In this document: piece after piece, positions 57,862 through 64,000 of the stretch
Numbering within the stretch: the first letter of the stretch is position 1
How the letters are laid out: the number at the start of each line of letters is the position of its first letter
IMG/VR virus record: IMGVR_UViG_3300048589_001057
Location: 16,519-80,518 of that record
From: a virus
DNA: 64,000 bases
Direction: 5' to 3' (one strand)
Program-made: the position numbers and the translations under genes
Notes under the pieces: model-generated
Seen by the model: only the letters and a program-made list of their open reading frames with translations
The model's database searches: none
What the model was told of the DNA's origin: nothing

Positions 57862-58054
57862 ACAAGATGCTCTTCTCCAGGACTACAATAAATGCCTGGC
57901 CGATAACGTTCCTCTCCACTGCTGGATAGAGGATATTCAGGATGACCCTGATGCTTACGAATATACCGCCGAAGAGGCTAAAGGTTTCATCTTCGGTATA
58001 GGTATAACCCCACCTGATTCCTTACCATTACAGGAAGATTGCTTTGAACACTAA
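57854..58054 (+). CDS. Hypothetical acidic protein
   Basis: Start reassigned to MEKQDA. Confidence 0.55.
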   Translation: MEKQDALLQDYNKCLADNVPLHCWIEDIQDDPDAYEYTAEEAKGFIFGIGITPPDSLPLQEDCFEH

Positions 58055-58082
58055 AACCAAATAACCTCAAACACTCAAAACT

Positions 58083-58481
58083 ATGGGAACTATTAAACAG
58101 CATGACGGGGACTTAAAAACCCTACAGGATTTGGTATTATCACTACCGATGATATCATCCTTTATACTGGATAATCTTGGTAGAATCCAATTCTACCCTC
58201 GATCTGATAATCAGGAAGCACACATTAACAAACTCCAACGGCTAAGTAAAACCATTGAATTACTAGATCAACTGGGTTGGATTGAACACACAGGGGACTG
58301 GGACCCCTATCTTGAGATAACTTTAACTACCGGGAAGATCATAGAGACCAGTTCAGGTTACTGGCATTTCTCAGTACAGGAGAAATGCCCCAATGGCCCA
58401 TACATTGAAATCGAAAATCCGACTGATGAAGTCCTGCATTACAATGTAAACTTAATTAAATCAATCGAAATTCTCAGGTAA
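58083..58481 (+). CDS. Hypothetical protein
   Basis: Preceded by a promoter-less copy of the leader ATAACCTCAAACACTCAAAACTATGG. Confidence 0.6.
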   Translation: MGTIKQHDGDLKTLQDLVLSLPMISSFILDNLGRIQFYPRSDNQEAHINKLQRLSKTIELLDQLGWIEHTGDWDPYLEITLTTGKIIETSSGYWHFSVQEKCPNGPYIEIENPTDEVLHYNVNLIKSIEILR

Positions 58482-58539
58482 CCATGAAATACCTAGTACC
58501 CAATCCCATTGGACTCACTAAACCTTAAACCCCAGAGAT

Positions 58540-58728
58540 ATGGACAACCCCATAACCATAGTAGTTTTCGTCCTCGGCTTATTCCTATTGATGAACCCGG
58601 GAAAACGAATCAAAGAATTAAAACAGTCGGACCCTAAAGACGAAAGTCTTTATCCAGCTAGTATGGTATCTCTACTAATATTGGGGGCCTTCATAGCTTT
58701 TGCAGTCTACATAGTATTAACATTATAA
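58540..58728 (+). CDS. Small 2-TM membrane protein
   Basis: Two hydrophobic helices. Confidence 0.55.
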   Translation: MDNPITIVVFVLGLFLLMNPGKRIKELKQSDPKDESLYPASMVSLLILGAFIAFAVYIVLTL

Positions 58729-58821
58729 ACCAACACAATGGAAAAAACCTTAGCTGACACCCTCCAGGATGATGCCTGGAAAATAGCCAATAAATACATT
58801 ACAAACTTTAAATCCTAAGCC

Positions 58822-59358
58822 ATGAAACCAACTAAAAAATCCCACTTTGATCCAGTAAAAGTTTTTGATCCAGTAAAAGTTGATGCCTTCGTCAATACCC
58901 TAAATGCCTATACCGAAGTAGCCAGAGAATTAGAATCCTTATTGGGTTATCTCGGAAAACCAGGAGCTGAGAGGCTAAAGAATTATTTCTATGGTATGGG
59001 AGACTTACCTGATGATCTGGTAGAGCTACTCACAGAGAACTTTCAGGTGGTAATAGAGGGTAGGTATTATGAACAAGTTGTCCCAGCTTATCATGAATTA
59101 TCCGAGTTACTCTCAGACAAAGAAATCCCCAACTCCCCTTTAGCTAATAAAGCTTTAGCTACTGCCATTTATGAAACACCCCTGGGAGTACTAGAGGTAC
59201 CCAATACCCCGGGATTTCTTGTCAAAATGGTTGACACGGATTTCATACTTTTCACTCCTGCGTACCCCAAAATTGACCACTCATCCGAGGAGATTAGGCA
59301 CTTTACAACAGAATCCGCTATGGAGTTATTCCATTATATAGCTACCAATCTAGCTTAA
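58822..59358 (+). CDS. Hypothetical protein
   Basis: ORF track. Confidence 0.6.
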   Translation: MKPTKKSHFDPVKVFDPVKVDAFVNTLNAYTEVARELESLLGYLGKPGAERLKNYFYGMGDLPDDLVELLTENFQVVIEGRYYEQVVPAYHELSELLSDKEIPNSPLANKALATAIYETPLGVLEVPNTPGFLVKMVDTDFILFTPAYPKIDHSSEEIRHFTTESAMELFHYIATNLA

Positions 59359-59550
59359 AAATGATTCCTCGCACAAATCTAGTAATATGCCCTCAATATG
59401 GCTTGGCCTAAGAGACTATATCATAATAAATTGCTAATGCAATATATTCTCTCAGGTATATCCAGGGGCATATTCCTGGCTATTCTAGTGCATTAAATGT
59501 CAATTCAAATGCAATTATACTACTTTGATTAAAACTAAATACTTGAAACA

Positions 59551-59883
59551 ATGACCCAAAACAAACTGAAATCAACCTCTTCTACAACGTATGCTTTATC
59601 TGGTCGAGACTTTGGCGATCCTAAGCCCAAAAAGACCGATAAACCTATCCGTAAAAACATCATAATCAGTGAAAATCCTTTCATGATTAGGTGCCCCAAG
59701 TGCAATAAACGGAATTTCATATCCCCTGCCCCCATCACTGAAACAAGGGATTTAATCTGTAGTTGCGGTGCTAAGGTTGCCAAATATGCTGCCAAAGACT
59801 ACGGGGAAAAACAAAGAAAAATCAATGCTTTGATAAAAGCCAAACAAGAATTGGAAGAGGAATCACAATCTCAAATCATCTAA
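59551..59883 (+). CDS. Zn-ribbon protein
   Basis: CPKC...CSCG. Confidence 0.6.
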   Translation: MTQNKLKSTSSTTYALSGRDFGDPKPKKTDKPIRKNIIISENPFMIRCPKCNKRNFISPAPITETRDLICSCGAKVAKYAAKDYGEKQRKINALIKAKQELEEESQSQII

Positions 59884-59885
59884 TC

Positions 59886-60302
59886 ATGACCCAAACGACC
59901 ATTAAACTTACTATAAAAGATACTGAGGAATCTATGGTTCAGGAGATATTCGACCACATCCAAAGCGATAATATCACACTAATCGAAGATTCCAAAGAGG
60001 TATTAAAAGCCTTCTTTGAGCCTCAATTATCACCTTCTTCAACACCCAAAATCCAAGAAATACGCCTAATGTCCAGCTTATCTGGCCTAGTTCTTACCAT
60101 ACAATATGGTACAACAAATGCAGGCCGACCAGCTCATACTAGCTGTATATTAGGCGACTACATATTTTCAATCCAATACTCCTGGATCACAAAACACCCA
60201 GAACTGAAACCATCTCCCGAAGTATACTGGCTCACCCCCAATACCTTAGCAATCGAGTTCCCCGCACAATTACAGGTAAAACAGAAAATAAATACCCAAT
60301 GA
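59886..60302 (+). CDS. Hypothetical protein
   Basis: ORF track. Confidence 0.55.
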   Translation: MTQTTIKLTIKDTEESMVQEIFDHIQSDNITLIEDSKEVLKAFFEPQLSPSSTPKIQEIRLMSSLSGLVLTIQYGTTNAGRPAHTSCILGDYIFSIQYSWITKHPELKPSPEVYWLTPNTLAIEFPAQLQVKQKINTQ

Positions 60303-61093
60303 AAATTCCAAGAATCAAAGGCGTAACTATACTAAGTAGACTAATGCAATCTAATGAAAGCAGAGAATCATACTTACGGGTAGTACATCACATCATAAGC
60401 CATTATACTTCTAATGGATTTACTTACTTAGGGGTTTACTTATCTTTAGACCAACTTTCTATGTATACTGGTATCAAACAAGGTACACTACAAAGCGAAG
60501 TTCTAAACGTAAATAATCTCTACTCTCAGGCCTTTTCTACCTCAAATCCAGATGAATTAGCTAAGGCACGAGTGTCGCTAATCGCGGAGATTTGGGCGGG
60601 CCTGACGGCTGACAGGGCCACAATAAATCGCCTTAGAACGTTGACTTTGAATGAGTTACAATACGAAAATACGGCGAAATTGAAGCTACCCCACGCTCAT
60701 TTACTGGTAAAAATCATTGAATCCTCTGCCAAGTTGCAGGCCTCATTTGGTAGCCTACTTGAGACAATTTACCCTCAACAGGTACTCAATAATCTCATAC
60801 AAATTAACACCATAGATGCCTCAAAAGAGCCCCTAATCACCCAGAAAGAGGCCATAGAAATAGCCTCAGAAATGGCCCAAAAAGCTCTTACCAGCCCCAA
60901 TTTCATGGCCCAACTGGCATCGGAATACGGTATAAATGACCCTGAAAAGGTACCTGAAGTCAGAGCTTCTGGCAGCTTGGATACCACTAATAACCCTGAT
61001 ATCCCTCGTAAAAAGTCCCTGATCCAGCCTGCCAATGAAGCTATTATCTATAGTATATTAGATGACTTTGAGGCATCGGAAGTCGGGGATTAG
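60299..61093 (+). CDS. Hypothetical HTH protein, possibly a terminase small subunit
   Basis: LSLDQLSMYTGIKQGTL HTH, helical middle, NNLIQIN segment; weak call. Confidence 0.35.
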   Translation: MKIPRIKGVTILSRLMQSNESRESYLRVVHHIISHYTSNGFTYLGVYLSLDQLSMYTGIKQGTLQSEVLNVNNLYSQAFSTSNPDELAKARVSLIAEIWAGLTADRATINRLRTLTLNELQYENTAKLKLPHAHLLVKIIESSAKLQASFGSLLETIYPQQVLNNLIQINTIDASKEPLITQKEAIEIASEMAQKALTSPNFMAQLASEYGINDPEKVPEVRASGSLDTTNNPDIPRKKSLIQPANEAIIYSILDDFEASEVGD

Positions 61094-61107
61094 GCTAGGA
61101 TTATCTA

Positions 61108-61137
61108 GGCCCTAAAGAGAAATCTTTGGGGCTTTTT
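61108..61137 (+). terminator. Intrinsic terminator
   Basis: GGCCCTAAAGA-GAAA-TCTTTGGGGCT plus T-run. Confidence 0.75.
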
Positions 61138-61369
61138 CGTGTCTTGCGGGGGTTGTAGGGGCCTTAAAGTACTAGGGTAGTCAGGGCCTAAGAGAGCCCC
61201 TGGGCCCTACTTTTATGGGGTTTGGGCACAACAAGGGCGATGACTCCCTATGGCCAGCTTACCCCTGGGTACCTTTTAAACCCCTAAAACCCCAAGTCCC
61301 TAAGGCCCACAACCACGCATCAGGCCCACTTACTGTCCGGCTTTCAGGCCTTTCCAGCCTGGGTTTAAG

Positions 61370-61450
61370 AGGAAATTAAAGGAAATTTTGGGGATTAAAC
61401 TAGAAATAAATGCATTATATTTGCATAAATATATATGCAATAATGCATAT
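61370..61450 (+). promoter_or_regulatory. Divergent-sequence copy of the promoter module
   Basis: GGAAATTAAAGG...GGGATTAAA...TATATTTGCAT at 61416...ATGCAATAATGCAT. Confidence 0.7.
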
Positions 61451-61487
61451 AAAAACTAGCTAATCCATCACCTAAAACAAACACAAC

Positions 61488-61877
61488 ATGAAACACCTAA
61501 CAAACGACGAATTAACTCAATCCACAATCTTCTCAGATCTAGACTCAGTTATCGAGGGGGCCATCACTGACCTCTTTGCAAAACACAAACTTGATCCCGA
61601 CACCCAACCGGATTACCTGGTATTCGACATCACCAACTCATTACCACTTTCAGACCCCGGTAACGAGAAGGCTTTCTTAATTAAAATAACCCCGGACCTC
61701 GATCAGGACACTCACTATGCCCTCTGGGATGACCTTCAAAAAATCGATACCCAAACTGCTTTAAAGGCCAACATTAACTCCCAACTTGGATCTGAGGACT
61801 CCGATTTTCTGGGTATGCTGGAATCCATCTTTACCACTAACGCGGACATCTTCATGTTATTCACTTATTGCCGCTAA
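61488..61877 (+). CDS. Hypothetical acidic protein
   Basis: ORF track. Confidence 0.6.
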   Translation: MKHLTNDELTQSTIFSDLDSVIEGAITDLFAKHKLDPDTQPDYLVFDITNSLPLSDPGNEKAFLIKITPDLDQDTHYALWDDLQKIDTQTALKANINSQLGSEDSDFLGMLESIFTTNADIFMLFTYCR

Positions 61878-61889
61878 AAACACAAAATC

Positions 61890-62186
61890 ATGACAACAGA
61901 CCGGATATTAACATCAGTAATACTTACAATAGCTGGACTCCTACTGGGTCTACTTATTGCAACCATGGTACTAAAACCAGGTAACTCTCAAGATAAGGCC
62001 TACTACATTGAGATAAGGGGCGAATCCATTTATATCATGGATGGGCTAGGGCACCCTCAGGCTAAGGTCGGGGAAATATCCCAACATCCTGACCCAGAGG
62101 CCTTAGAGGAAGTCCTAGAAACCCAGGTAGGCTGGGGCTCAGTACTCAAAGCCTCTGAAGCCTACTACCTCATCCTGGAGGACTAA
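61890..62186 (+). CDS. Hypothetical membrane-anchored protein
   Basis: N-terminal TM helix. Confidence 0.55.
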   Translation: MTTDRILTSVILTIAGLLLGLLIATMVLKPGNSQDKAYYIEIRGESIYIMDGLGHPQAKVGEISQHPDPEALEEVLETQVGWGSVLKASEAYYLILED

Positions 62187-62224
62187 CTACAATCAATCCT
62201 CCTTACCGAATAATTCACTAACCC

Positions 62225-62539
62225 ATGCTGACTAACCAGTCTGGTACCTCATTCAGGGGTACCAGACCTAAACAATCAAAATCATGACAACATTAAAAAC
62301 CTACGATTACCAGGCTATCATCGACCAACTGGTCAAGGCTAGGCCGAATTACCCGGACTATACTGAAGCCATCGACGACTTCATTTACTACCTGGAAAAT
62401 GACTATCGAATGCACTGGATCGATGTTGCCCTCATAGAGGACCATCAGGAATGCATAGAGACCTTAGCTGCTAAACTTAACATTGAACTGTCCTATGTTG
62501 ACTAGCCAATCTGGTACCTCCTTCAGGGGTACCGGGCCT
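62225..62539 (+). repeat. Pair of 45-bp hairpin-containing direct repeats (62225-62269, 62495-62539) bracketing one ORF
   Basis: TCTGGTACCTC(A/C)TTCAGGGGTACC(A/G)G in both copies, 270 bp apart. Confidence 0.8.
62284..62505 (+). CDS. Hypothetical acidic protein
   Basis: ORF track. Confidence 0.6.
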   Translation: MTTLKTYDYQAIIDQLVKARPNYPDYTEAIDDFIYYLENDYRMHWIDVALIEDHQECIETLAAKLNIELSYVD

Positions 62540-62667
62540 CTGGGCGAATACGTTATACAGGTATCCTTACCTAAGTCGCTGACCGAGCCCAAGCGAATAA
62601 CCCGACTGGGCCGACTCCTGCAGCGACTCCGGCGACTTGGCTGATTGAGCCAACCTGAGCCTACAAC

Positions 62668-62696
62668 AAAGCCCCTACAACACAGGGGCTTTTGTG
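62668..62696 (+). terminator. Intrinsic terminator
   Basis: AAAGCCCCT-ACAACAC-AGGGGCTTT-TGT. Confidence 0.7.
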
Positions 62697-62757
62697 TGTG
62701 AGCCATCAGCATATCTGGCCTTCTGGCTGTCATATTAGCGGGGAAGGGGATGAAATT

Positions 62758-62835
62758 AGGGAAATTAAAAGGTTGCAAAGGGATTAAAAAGTTTATATAT
62801 TTGCAAAAATAAATAATGCAATAATGCATATAACC
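62758..62835 (+). promoter_or_regulatory. Repeated promoter module, last copy
   Basis: GGAAATTAAAAGGTTGCA.AGGGATTAAAA...TATATTTGCA at 62796...ATGCAATAATGCAT. Confidence 0.8.
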
Positions 62836-62852
62836 TTCAAACCTTCAATCAC

Positions 62853-63152
62853 ATGAAATCACAAACAATCAAAACCCCATCAGGAAAAATCATCACATTT
62901 ATCCCTGGTACAGACTACATGAGCATCCTTCAGACTGAAGACTACATGGCTTTCGACTTCGAATTACATCCTGATCGGAACGATGCTACTAAGGCTATCG
63001 CCTTCAGGGAATTCCATATCTATGCAGCTGAACCACTCATACGTAACTACGAACAGGCACTACTTAATTACTGCCTATCATTCGGACTATTCGAACTATG
63101 CTACGAGGACGGGATTCCCTGCTTAACCCATACTTTCAATATCAAACTCTAA
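62853..63152 (+). CDS. Hypothetical protein
   Basis: First ORF after the promoter. Confidence 0.6.
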   Translation: MKSQTIKTPSGKIITFIPGTDYMSILQTEDYMAFDFELHPDRNDATKAIAFREFHIYAAEPLIRNYEQALLNYCLSFGLFELCYEDGIPCLTHTFNIKL

Positions 63153-63190
63153 GCGACTAGAGGACTAGAGGACTAGAGGACTAAGCGACT
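63149..63190 (+). repeat. GACTAGAG x3 tandem repeat flanked by CTAAGCGACT direct repeats
   Basis: Read directly from the sequence. Confidence 0.8.
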
Positions 63191-63913
63191 TCCCTTTACT
63201 AATGGGCCAACTGTGCCCATTTTCTTTGTGTCACAACCAGGTGTCTGGGGAGCCGAACTTTGCGAACTTTGCGTATATTAAACTTATTGATCAGGTATAA
63301 CCTCTGCATCCTATTGGCATATTCTAGTCTTTCAGTACTTTAATGATTCATAATTATGCTACTTGGTACTTAGAATTTCTAGCACCACAACCAAGTGGTC
63401 CGGCGTAGGGGATTTTCTTTGAGGCCAGCTGGCTTTCCGGCCTTCGGGTTCACCCGAACCACAGCCATCGCCCACGGGCTACAACCACAACAAGGAGGCC
63501 CCCCAGGCCGGCCTTTCCGTCATATGCATAATAAATGCATATATAAAATAATGCATATATAAAATAAATAGATATAATAAAAAAATAAGCATAATACTTA
63601 AAAAATAAAATTGTGCCAAAAATTAATAATTTAATAAAAAAATAAAAATAAATGATGAGTTGAATTTGTCATTTCAAACTAAAAATAATTAAAAAAAACT
63701 TGCATTTTTATTTTATCAATGAATTTTTTTATATCTTTGTGGAGTGAAAATAAACATAGTACAAACCAAAAGCACCAAATCGGGACAAAGTTTATTTTTG
63801 GGACAAATGTTATAAGTTGTCTTTTTTGTTAATAAATACAAAATTCGTTCATTGAAATTTTTAATGTGTAGTAATTAGCACAAATTTTGTTTAATTTTTA
63901 ACTTTTTTTAATT

Positions 63914-64000
63914 ATGAACAAAAGGATTAAAATTTCCGAAAATTTATTCATTGAACGTAAAAACAACGATATACGTTCCGATGAGCAAATAAAAAAAGAT
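63914..64000 (+). CDS. Start of an ORF running off the window (MNKRIKISENLFIERK...)
   Basis: Open frame from the ATG after a T-rich leader. Confidence 0.4.
   Translation, partial: MNKRIKISENLFIERKNNDIRSDEQIKKD

Noticed and set aside
58846-58882. 18-bp in-frame duplication (FDPVKV x2)
   Set aside because: Simple slippage duplication with no wider pattern
1-64000. Stop-codon reassignment (as in some Bacteroidetes phages)
   Set aside because: Core genes are full length in the standard code, and TAA, TAG and TGA all end genes at sensible positions
1-64000. Integrase, att sites, large terminase, portal, endolysin
   Set aside because: No recognisable motifs in any ORF; presumably outside the window, so lifestyle cannot be called

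Overview
This window is a large part of a contractile-tailed (myovirus-like) dsDNA phage genome. The host is very probably in the Bacteroidota, because many promoters match the Bacteroidetes TTG...TAnnTTTG consensus and the DGR is of Bacteroidetes type. Layout: (1) 1-1120, a diversity-generating retroelement with an intact VR/TR pair whose reverse transcriptase is cut to a 24-codon stub. (2) 1.1-23.3 kb, membrane, head, neck, tail and baseplate genes, including a -1 frameshifted tail chaperone and a baseplate protein carrying a 16-18-repeat LRR-like solenoid. (3) One divergent sigma-like gene. (4) 24-45.6 kb, replication, recombination and nucleotide metabolism: DnaB-like helicase, primase, SF2 helicase, PolA, SSB, intein-containing RecA, FEN, SbcCD, resolvase, NusG paralogue, ligase. 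This block includes two tandem thymidylate-synthase-fold genes that both carry the dCMP-specifying Asp, flanked by dNTP pyrophosphatases, a dCMP deaminase and a dNMP kinase, which together form a candidate cytosine-modification pathway. (5) 44-63 kb, many small accessory genes, each unit led by a repeated 60-90 bp promoter/leader module. (6) A structured, motif-rich non-coding end. No large terminase, portal, endolysin, integrase, tRNA or CRISPR array was recognised. All protein calls are by-eye motif and synteny recognition; no database searches were run.
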